From the NCBI GenBank assembly GCA_964349605.1, contig CAYGHJ010000001.1, forward strand, positions 1-54,927: 54,927 nucleotides of DNA, given 5' to 3'. Below the pieces are notes generated by a model that did not search any database, was not told the DNA's origin, and saw only the letters and a list, made by a program, of their open reading frames with translations. The translations under genes and the position numbers were made by a program. Positions 1-6,251 of this stretch are shown one piece after another. The stretch is from an uncultured Candidatus Planktophila sp. Lineage in GTDB: Bacteria > Actinomycetota > Actinomycetes > Nanopelagicales > Nanopelagicaceae. Each line of letters opens with the position of its first letter. Position 1 is the stretch's first letter.

Positions 1-91
1 ACTCAGTTCGATTACTCGTCAGATGCCCAATACCTGCAAAGACAAGCGCAATTCCAAGAATGACCTGAGCCGCTTTCCGTAATAACTCCAT
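1..91 (-). CDS. DoxX-like membrane protein, 5' part (runs off window)
   Basis: Own translation from ATG at 91: MELLRKAAQVILGIALVFAGIGHLTSNRTE; the LxFAGxxH pattern is typical of DoxX-family membrane proteins. Confidence 0.6.
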   Translation of the reverse strand, partial: MELLRKAAQVILGIALVFAGIGHLTSNRTE

Positions 92-219
92 TGCTCTAGT
101 TAACACCTCAAAGATCGATTACGCATTGATTAAAGCAAAATAACTCGTCACTCAAAGTAGTTTCACAATAGTCATACTCTTGCTTTCAAATATCGTTATG
201 CAAATATAGTTCGAACTTG

Positions 220-228
220 TGTTAATCT
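220..228 (+). promoter_or_regulatory. Extended -10 promoter of sRNA A1
   Basis: TGtTAATCT; a TGnTAnnnT precedes all five sRNA copies. Confidence 0.55.
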
Positions 229-234
229 TGTTGC

Positions 235-302
235 AGTCAGGAAGGTGCACCTTAGAGTTACAGAAATAAGCCCCGTAGAGAAATCTGCGGGGTTTATTTT
301 TT
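235..302 (+). ncRNA. Putative anti-tRNA small RNA A1 (no divergent partner)
   Basis: AGTCAGGAAGGTGC start, conserved GAGTTACAGAA (255-265), terminator hairpin AAATAAGCCCCGTAGA-GAAA-TCTGCGGGGTTTATTT plus T-run. Confidence 0.55.
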
Positions 303-315
303 AGGCTTGAAATCC

Positions 316-350
316 AAAGTGACCCTACGCGACTAACCGTAAGGCCACTT
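316..350 (-). terminator. Terminator-like hairpin B1 downstream of tRNA-like T1
   Basis: Minus strand AAGTGGCCTTACG-GTTAGTCG-CGTAGGGTCACTT followed by T; contains the 11-mer shared with B2 and B3. Confidence 0.6.
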
Positions 351-358
351 AGTGTGCG

Positions 359-432
359 TGTCACTGGCGAGATTCGAACTCGCGACCTGCAACATAGTCG
401 GTGTGCTGCTCTATCCTCTGAGCTACAGCGAC
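359..432 (-). ncRNA. tRNA-like RNA T1 (anticodon position GAC, Val-like, non-canonical)
   Basis: GTCGCTG TA GCTC AGAGGATA GAGC A GCACA CCGACTA TGTTGC AGGTC GCGAG TTCGAAT CTCGC CAGTGAC A; C33, T37, bulged anticodon stem; acceptor stem extended by TGCGT/ACGCA. Confidence 0.85.
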
Positions 433-443
433 ACGCAGGGGTG

Positions 444-449
444 AACTTA
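444..449 (-). promoter_or_regulatory. -10 element of T1
   Basis: TAAGTT 6 nt before the extended stem; same spacing as in T2 and T3. Confidence 0.55.
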
Positions 450-505
450 TGCGAAATTCATTTCCGCAACCCTTGAGGTAACAGTGGCTGTGCACAATCC
501 AGTGG

Positions 506-514
506 TGCTAATAT
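506..514 (+). promoter_or_regulatory. Extended -10 promoter of sRNA A2
   Basis: TGcTAATAT, 6 nt before ACATAGTC. Confidence 0.6.
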
Positions 515-520
515 GCAACC

Positions 521-598
521 ACATAGTCAGTGTGCCCTCGTTAATCACGAGTTACAGAAGATAAACCCCGTAGAGAAATCTGCGGGGTCTATTTTTTT
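521..598 (+). ncRNA. Putative anti-tRNA small RNA A2 (cognate to T1)
   Basis: 5' ACATAGTCAGTGTGC pairs 14/15 with the T1 anticodon arm; GAGTTACAG (549-557) pairs with T1 CTGTAGCTC; terminator hairpin plus T-run. Confidence 0.7.
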
Positions 599-610
599 CT
601 TTTCTGATTC

Positions 611-821
611 AGTACACAAATCACCATGGAAGCCACCTGATTTCGTATTCGGAATCACCTGGCCATATAACTTCATCGTCCTTGCAGTAGCTGCCATCAT
701 CATTGCCTTATTAGTAATCACCGCCCGCACATCCATACCAGCATCCATCGCCCTTATCCCCTACCAGTTATGGCTAATAACGGCGGCAACGGTCAGCTAT
801 TCATACATGCGGGGGAATTAG
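611..821 (+). pseudogene. TspO/MBR-family remnant (no N-terminus, internal deletion)
   Basis: KSPWKPPDFVFGITW and ASIALIPYQLWLITA match the N- and C-terminal TspO motifs but lie too close together; upstream is the sRNA terminator. Confidence 0.6.
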
Positions 822-1034
822 ATAGGAGTGTATTCAGGGGCCCGCGCTTCTACTTACTATGCCAAAGGCAGCTCAGTGGAATCCATCATAGAAACAACTT
901 ATCGCCGCTGCCCTTAGACAGCGCATGATTTAGTATTGGATCTTGGAGAGAGATGGGGGAAGTGTTTATTGGGGTAATTTAAAAATTCCAACGATTAAAT
1001 CAATTTACTCTCCTTTACCAGATATTATTTTCAT

Positions 1035-1364
1035 GTGACTGAATCGCACACTGAGAAGAGTTTATCAAAACAGGCTTTAGTAAATCAGATTTCAAAGGTG
1101 GCACTCTTTTCGAAAAACTATCCTTTATCAAATGGAAGTTCAATCCCAAAAGTATTTTTTCAGGATCTCGAGAATCGATTTTCTATTCCCGTTTCGAATG
1201 GTATGGAATCAAAAGCCGCAACATTCTGTGATTATTTTGGGGTGGAGTGGACTTCTGAGTGCGATTCATCAGAAACTCCATCTGGTGGAGGCGGGACGGT
1301 GACTAAGAGAGGCTTGGAAGTTCTACTTCTTGCAGTCGAACGTGCATTGTCCAAAGAACTATAG
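1035..1364 (+). CDS. Small hypothetical protein next to restriction-modification genes
   Basis: 109-aa ORF with WxxxCDSxxxxSGGGGTVTxxGL motif; convergent with the DUF262 gene. Confidence 0.6.
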   Translation: MTESHTEKSLSKQALVNQISKVALFSKNYPLSNGSSIPKVFFQDLENRFSIPVSNGMESKAATFCDYFGVEWTSECDSSETPSGGGGTVTKRGLEVLLLAVERALSKEL

Positions 1365-3608
1365 AAAACTAAGTTGTGCCCTGACTTCATTAATTTTTAC
1401 GTCAAGGCCTAATGAAATATTTATCTCCTTAAGCAAGTCAAACACGAAATTCTCTCGCTCAATTTTGTTCTTTTCAATAAAATCATTGAGTCCAACATTT
1501 TGTAAAGCAGCATTAATCATATTTCCGTACCGAACTAACATCACAAACCCAAATTTCCCTAAATCGTTCAATAACTGGGAATTTAGTAAATTTGGCTCAA
1601 TAAACAAATCTGGAGAAATTGAATTTTGCTCCGCAGCGGTTAGAGTAGGAAAGAACTGCGCCCAACATGTATTTTGACGACCTCTATTAAGTGCCGGTGA
1701 GATTGGAAGCCAATTTGCGACATGATTCAGCGGAATTGGCTTATCCAATCTTGCTTGAGTGGCATTTCTCTGAGCTCGATATGCCACAACATGATCCATA
1801 TCGAAATTCTGCATTTCATGATTTTTTGCTTTATAAGCCGCATGAAAGAAAGCCAATGCTGACTGTGAAGGTGACCTTGTCATTGGGGCTTGCGAAACTC
1901 TGAATTCTTTAACAAAGAGATTTTTTAAAGCAGAGCCATAATCATTTAGAGGGGGTTGATACAAGAGAAAGTCATTTTCACGCACACTTCGCACGATCGA
2001 GTTTAGTCCAGTGTCATCTACTTCGAATTGTGACCAAACATGCTGAGAAGCTTGCTTATATGCATCGCTTCCCTGGAATACATCAGAAATAGTATGGAGA
2101 AGCCACCAAGAAGCAATGTTGTTTCTAAAATTGGCTTTGCGTTGGCTAGCAGAAAAATTACTATTTCCGTCCGCGGACTTTAGGCGTGCTCCAGTCCTTC
2201 TGGAAAGAGTCAGTCGGTCTGACTCCCCTGGTAAGGCATCATGAACTGTGTTCATATATCCCGCCAAGTAAACTGTTGCCTGTATTGCTCCTAGAGATGC
2301 ACGTTTCTTATTCTTTGTCCCATTCTTTGTAAATGGCATGAGTTTCGAGTCAATTTCTCGTGCGGCATCCAAGTAATGCTCAGTGACTAATGCAATGTCA
2401 TATTCGGCATTTTGGACAGGAAAAAGGCGAAGTAAGCTCTCAATGCCACTTGGTCCTAAAGAACCAGAAAACAGAAGTGAGCAAGTGTCAAATGCAATCG
2501 TTCCAGAACTGGCACCAGCCGGGAAACTTTGTCTCTCAGCGGTTGTAAAGGTGCCGCTATTAGATACTTTTGAAGCATATTCCCTTGTAGATTTACTGAG
2601 AGCGTACAAATAATCAAATAGAGAAACTTCATCTTCACCGAGCTCCTCGATAGAAGCGGTATCCATATCAGTTTCTTCTAGGAAATTTTGATATGAGGCT
2701 TCAATGCGGTTTCGCATATAACTCAACATAAATTTCTTTTGCGCAGGCATTACTACATCTTCAATTGACCTTGACGTAACTTGATTTGCATATTTTTGCC
2801 AGGGGACAAATGCTCCAACCCATTTGGCTGCCAAAAGGTCATACTTACTCAAAGGAATTCCACTGTTTAATGCAGTGAAGATTTCACTGCTTATCTCGCG
2901 AGCTTTTCTAGGTTTTACCCCCAGTTTCGGGGAAATAGTTATAACGGCGATTGGGACCGAATCTAGTGCTTCTTTTTGTTTCTTGAGCGCGATACGCAAG
3001 ACTTTGCAAGCGCCAATAGCCTTTTCGTATCGAGGCCCTTCAAACTGCGTTGGGCTTTCAACCCCCAAGAACTTACAAATTTTTGCAAGAAAAATCATAG
3101 ACTCTTCCAGAAACTCTTCAGAGAAGCGGTTGCTCAAATCACCTTGCGTGAGAAGATTCATTGCTGCTGACACATCTTCAACTTTTGTTACAGAAAGCGT
3201 TTCCGCTAAGTCACGTAGGGCTATTTGCATGTCATCTGTATCCACATACCAAGGTTCCGACCAGAAACTTTCACGGAATTGTGCGAAAGTTGAAAGTCGT
3301 TGCTGACCATCAATGACATGCCAAGTAAATTCACGCCGGCCACCGGTTAAATCTTTTGAATCAATTTTCGTTAAAACTATCGCGCCCGTCGGCCAACCTT
3401 GGATTAGAGAATTTAAAAACTGCTTTTTCTTCTTTTTACTCCAAACTAATCCTCTTTGAAAATTTGGAATCTCAAAACGTATTTGATCAATATCGACTTG
3501 TCCCAATAATGGTGATGGGCACATTTGTGAATTAATCGAAAATGCTGCAGCAGTGCTAAGAGGTATAGTTCCAAATTCCCATATCGGACTAAAATCTTCA
3601 GAAGACAT
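1359..3608 (-). CDS. DUF262 + C-terminal HNH-like (GmrSD-type) restriction nuclease
   Basis: IPNFQRGLVW, VIDGQQRLST, IFTALNSG (DUF262); DMDHVV...NHVANW...LNRGRQN (HNH/DUF1524-like). Confidence 0.85.
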   Translation of the reverse strand: MSSEDFSPIWEFGTIPLSTAAAFSINSQMCPSPLLGQVDIDQIRFEIPNFQRGLVWSKKKKKQFLNSLIQGWPTGAIVLTKIDSKDLTGGRREFTWHVIDGQQRLSTFAQFRESFWSEPWYVDTDDMQIALRDLAETLSVTKVEDVSAAMNLLTQGDLSNRFSEEFLEESMIFLAKICKFLGVESPTQFEGPRYEKAIGACKVLRIALKKQKEALDSVPIAVITISPKLGVKPRKAREISSEIFTALNSGIPLSKYDLLAAKWVGAFVPWQKYANQVTSRSIEDVVMPAQKKFMLSYMRNRIEASYQNFLEETDMDTASIEELGEDEVSLFDYLYALSKSTREYASKVSNSGTFTTAERQSFPAGASSGTIAFDTCSLLFSGSLGPSGIESLLRLFPVQNAEYDIALVTEHYLDAAREIDSKLMPFTKNGTKNKKRASLGAIQATVYLAGYMNTVHDALPGESDRLTLSRRTGARLKSADGNSNFSASQRKANFRNNIASWWLLHTISDVFQGSDAYKQASQHVWSQFEVDDTGLNSIVRSVRENDFLLYQPPLNDYGSALKNLFVKEFRVSQAPMTRSPSQSALAFFHAAYKAKNHEMQNFDMDHVVAYRAQRNATQARLDKPIPLNHVANWLPISPALNRGRQNTCWAQFFPTLTAAEQNSISPDLFIEPNLLNSQLLNDLGKFGFVMLVRYGNMINAALQNVGLNDFIEKNKIERENFVFDLLKEINISLGLDVKINEVRAQLSFL

Positions 3609-3667
3609 TTGGGGCCCCTCTAGTCTTTGTTATTCGGATATGGCTCAAAGTCTAATTCCAGCGCGGG

Positions 3668-5056
3668 CTAATTTACAGCTGTTAATTTCGGAGTGGTGGA
3701 TTTCTTCTTGATTTCGCGCTGAATCGTATCCCCAAAATGTGTTAAATGATCATCGGGATTCAAGGGAGCATTCAATATAGACTTCACAAGCGCATCATCA
3801 TTTTCAAGGAGGTCTATATCACGCAAAACTTGTGCCTTCAAAACATTGAAAATAACTCCAATGTTTACGGCATTTCCCAACTGCTTATAAGTAGTTCCGT
3901 TCGTTTGTTCGAGAAAGTCAAACCACTCTGGAAAACCTTGTAAGCGTGCTGCTTCCCGAACTGTCAATTTTCGCTTTTTTGATACCACAACAGATGTTTG
4001 TGTAATCGCTACTAGGGCTGGAGCGTATGTATTTGACTTACATCTGATCCCCGACGGTCTGAAGTGTATGAGAGTCTTATTTAATGATTTCGTATCCTGT
4101 GCCTGCCATTCAAACTTTCTTCTTGAAGGAGGGAAATCTTGGAGCCCATCCCAATCATGCAACCACTTATCTAATATTTTTTTATGTGCCGAATAAAACT
4201 CAGAATTTTTTTTGAGGAAGTTTATTTTCCAATCTGGCGTTCCACGCTTTATCCGCAACTTCTTAACATCGACCCAATTGTCTACCCAGATTGGGAATCC
4301 TGGCAATTTCTCATCAGGGAATGACGTTCGGAATCTTTCAATAAAATCACTCCAACACTCTATCCACTTTGATTCTTGATCACTTAATGAATAGATTTTC
4401 TTTTCACTTGATTTTAGCTTCTTTTCAAGTGGTAGATGGGATTCAAGTCTCCAATTCTTGGGATCCCAACCAGAAAAACTCTGTGACATGTTAGGAATCC
4501 CTGGCTCTTCATGCAATCGTCGGGCACCAGTTGGCATACGAGTTGCGCATATCAAAACGCGTTCGCGTACTTGAGGTCGTCCACCATTCAATGGATGTAT
4601 TTTGTGAGGTGAAACAACAAATGGGATAGAGCTCACTCGATAACCAAGTTCTCTTAAGGTTTTAATTATGACCTCCCACTCGTGGGCATGTCTTGGGCCT
4701 GCAATATTTCGAACGTTTTCTAATAAGACCATTTTAGGTTTTTTTGACTCAATTATTTTGGCGATATTCCAAAAAAGTGTCCCTCGCGCCTCGTCCATAC
4801 CATGCTGTTTCCCCGATTTACTGAAGGGTTGACATGGAAAACCCCCGACTAAAACATCATGATGAGGAACTTCCATTACATTGTCATTAGCAGCGAGTGT
4901 TATGTCGCCTTCGGGAAGGATTCCCCAGTTCCTGAGATATACAAGGGCGGCGTCTTTGTCGATTTCAGACGCATACACGCATTCACCACCAAGCGAACTT
5001 AATGCACCGTGGAATCCCCCAATGCCGGCAAAGAGGTCTACAAACTTGAAACTCAT
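3668..5056 (-). CDS. dcm: DNA (cytosine-5)-methyltransferase, M.AluI-like
   Basis: FVDLFAGIGG, GGFPCQPFS, LENVRN, QVRERV, ARLQGFP, KQLGNAV; variable region (RRKFEWQAQ, HFRPSGIR, PALVAITQTS) resembles my recollection of M.AluI. Confidence 0.95.
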   Translation of the reverse strand: MSFKFVDLFAGIGGFHGALSSLGGECVYASEIDKDAALVYLRNWGILPEGDITLAANDNVMEVPHHDVLVGGFPCQPFSKSGKQHGMDEARGTLFWNIAKIIESKKPKMVLLENVRNIAGPRHAHEWEVIIKTLRELGYRVSSIPFVVSPHKIHPLNGGRPQVRERVLICATRMPTGARRLHEEPGIPNMSQSFSGWDPKNWRLESHLPLEKKLKSSEKKIYSLSDQESKWIECWSDFIERFRTSFPDEKLPGFPIWVDNWVDVKKLRIKRGTPDWKINFLKKNSEFYSAHKKILDKWLHDWDGLQDFPPSRRKFEWQAQDTKSLNKTLIHFRPSGIRCKSNTYAPALVAITQTSVVVSKKRKLTVREAARLQGFPEWFDFLEQTNGTTYKQLGNAVNIGVIFNVLKAQVLRDIDLLENDDALVKSILNAPLNPDDHLTHFGDTIQREIKKKSTTPKLTAVN

Positions 5057-5125
5057 GGTGGAAGCTTACTTGAAAAGGCTGACAAATCCATTGGCAACAC
5101 AATAAGAACCATATAGATTCGGAGA

Positions 5126-5386
5126 ATGGAGCAACTACCAAAGTATCAGGACCTGATTTCCCCAATGATTCGTGTCCTAACCAAGGCCAGAAAGCCTCTC
5201 TCAAATTCAGAGATAGAGGCTGGGGTCATCACTGAATTGAATATTCCGTCTAATTTAAGTTCGGAAATTCACTCCGGGAATCGGACCGAATTGCAATACA
5301 GGCTTGCTTGGGCAAGGACAAAAGCTAAGTCCGCTGGACTGATAGTGAGTCCAGCTCGAGAGACGTGGAGCATTACTAATTCTTAG
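5126..5386 (+). CDS. Stand-alone Mrr N-terminal winged-helix domain protein
   Basis: LPKYQDLISP...ELQYRLAWARTK...GLIVSPARETWSIT is the Mrr_N pattern; no catalytic domain follows. Confidence 0.8.
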   Translation: MEQLPKYQDLISPMIRVLTKARKPLSNSEIEAGVITELNIPSNLSSEIHSGNRTELQYRLAWARTKAKSAGLIVSPARETWSITNS

Positions 5387-5506
5387 TTAGTGTATAAAAA
5401 GTATCAATCAGGACTTAAGCAACCCTCGCCACTCAAATTCAAGAAGTGCTCCTTCAATATGGAGGTCTTTGGGTTTAATACCATAGACTGATGTTATATT
5501 TGAGTT

Positions 5507-5585
5507 GTTGAGTCACAACGTTCTAAATATCCAAGAGTTACAGAACAAAGGCCCCGCAGATTCATATCTGTGGGGCTTTCGTATT
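5507..5585 (+). ncRNA. Putative anti-tRNA small RNA A3 (no divergent partner)
   Basis: TGtTATATT at 5492-5500; GTTGAGTCACAAC start; GAGTTACAGAA (5535-5545); GCCCCGCAGA/TCTGTGGGGC hairpin followed by TTT. Confidence 0.55.
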
Positions 5586-5600
5586 GCTAAGTTATTGGGT

Positions 5601-5643
5601 AAAAAATAAAAGTAGCCCTACGCGACTAACTGAAGGGCTACTT
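5601..5643 (-). terminator. Intrinsic terminator B2 of T2
   Basis: AAGTAGCCCT/AGGGCTACTT stem followed by TTATTTTTT on the minus strand. Confidence 0.75.
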
Positions 5644-5651
5644 AGAGTGTG

Positions 5652-5725
5652 CACCGCTGACGGGGATCGAACCCGCGACCTGCAACTTCGTCAAAGCGCT
5701 GCTCTATACACTGAGCTACAGCGGT
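5652..5725 (-). ncRNA. tRNA-like RNA T2 (anticodon position GAC)
   Basis: ACCGCTG TA GCTC AGTGTATA GAGC A GCGCT TTGACGA AGTTGC AGGTC GCGGG TTCGATC CCCGT CAGCGGT G; D-loop GG lost, bulged stem; -10 TAGGTT at 5737-5742. Confidence 0.85.
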
Positions 5726-5813
5726 ACACAGGCAGGAACCTAAGCGATGGTGGATGAAAATGGATTCGAAATTGTTCCAGTTGTGGATACAAAAGAAGTG
5801 ATAACATTTAAAC

Positions 5814-5890
5814 ACTTCGTCAGGGTGCGCACTATCTAAGAGTTACAGAACGAACGCCTCACAGACTCATCTCTGTGGGGCTTTTGTATT
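5814..5890 (+). ncRNA. Putative anti-tRNA small RNA A4 (cognate to T2)
   Basis: TGaTAACAT at 5799-5807; 5' ACTTCGTCAGGGTGC pairs 15/15 (3 G.U) with the T2 anticodon arm; GAGTTACAG 5840-5848; terminator. Confidence 0.7.
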
Positions 5891-5906
5891 CCTAATAATT
5901 GGGTTG

Positions 5907-5947
5907 AAAATAAAAGTAGCCCCACGCGACTAACTGAAGGGCTACTT
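5907..5947 (-). terminator. Intrinsic terminator B3 of T3
   Basis: Near-identical to B2; stem 5914-5923/5938-5947 with T-run on the minus strand. Confidence 0.75.
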
Positions 5948-5955
5948 AGAGTGTG

Positions 5956-6029
5956 CACCGCTGACGGGGATCGAACCCGCGACAATCCCTTCAGTCAAAA
6001 GGTTGCTCTATCCGCTGAGCTACAGCGGT
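5956..6029 (-). ncRNA. tRNA-like RNA T3 (anticodon position GAC)
   Basis: ACCGCTG TA GCTC AGCGGATA GAGC A ACCTT TTGACTG AAGGG ATTGTC GCGGG TTCGATC CCCGT CAGCGGT G; -10 TATCTT at 6041-6046. Confidence 0.85.
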
Positions 6030-6118
6030 ACACAGAGCGAAAGATATTCAATTCCACCGATAAAACTTAATGGGTCACCGGTGCATGTGGATTACTAATT
6101 GACTGATATTATTCACTC

Positions 6119-6197
6119 ACTTCAGTCAGAAGGCGCTTTAACGCAAGAGTTACAGAACAAAAGCCCTACAGATTCATCTCTGTAGGGCTTTTGTATT
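6119..6197 (+). ncRNA. Putative anti-tRNA small RNA A5 (cognate to T3)
   Basis: TGaTATTAT at 6104-6112; CTTCAGTCAGAAGG pairs 14 contiguous nt (1 G.U) with the T3 anticodon arm; GAGTTACAG 6147-6155; perfect 16-bp hairpin 6157-6194. Confidence 0.7.
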
Positions 6198-6205
6198 ACT
6201 GCTAG

Positions 6206-6235
6206 AAAAGAGAAAGGCCACACTTTAGCGTGGCC
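6206..6235 (-). terminator. Terminator of hydrolase gene
   Basis: GGCCAC/GTGGCC hairpin followed by TTTCTCTTTT on the minus strand, just after the stop at 6252. Confidence 0.55.
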
Positions 6236-6251
6236 CGACCCTTGTCCTTGA

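Larger units (their letters stand above)
5507..6197. repeat. Tandem array of ~305-bp units (A3-T2-A4-T3-A5)
   Basis: GAGTTACAG recurs at 5535, 5840 and 6147 (periods 305 and 307); the homologous array has it at 255 and 549 (period 294). Confidence 0.9.

Noticed and set aside
235..251. T-box riboswitch (GTC codon followed by AAGGTGCACC)
   Set aside because: The T-box-like string is imperfect and found only in A1; there is no stem I and no downstream regulated gene.
152..748. ORFs 152-364, 545-748 and the N-terminal part of 513-821 as peptide toxins
   Set aside because: They run through terminators or antisense to the tspO remnant and have no counterpart in the second array.
359..6029. T1-T3 as ordinary tRNA-Val(GAC) genes
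   Set aside because: They violate several conserved positions and have divergent anticodon arms. Missing CCA was not used as evidence, since the genuine tRNAs in this window also lack it.
521..6155. A units as attL/attR duplications from integration into tRNA genes
   Set aside because: There is no integrase in the window, the copies correspond to the 5' half and lie upstream of the tRNA-like gene, and each has its own promoter and terminator on the opposite strand. An origin by duplication is still possible.
255..6194. Integron attC cassette array
   Set aside because: No consistent RYYYAAC/GTTRRRY core pair, no intI, and the units contain no ORF cassettes.
235..6197. CRISPR array interpretation of the GAGTTACAGAA-hairpin repeats
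   Set aside because: The period is ~300 bp, the repeats are degenerate, the intervening sequences are homologous to each other, and there are no cas genes in the window.
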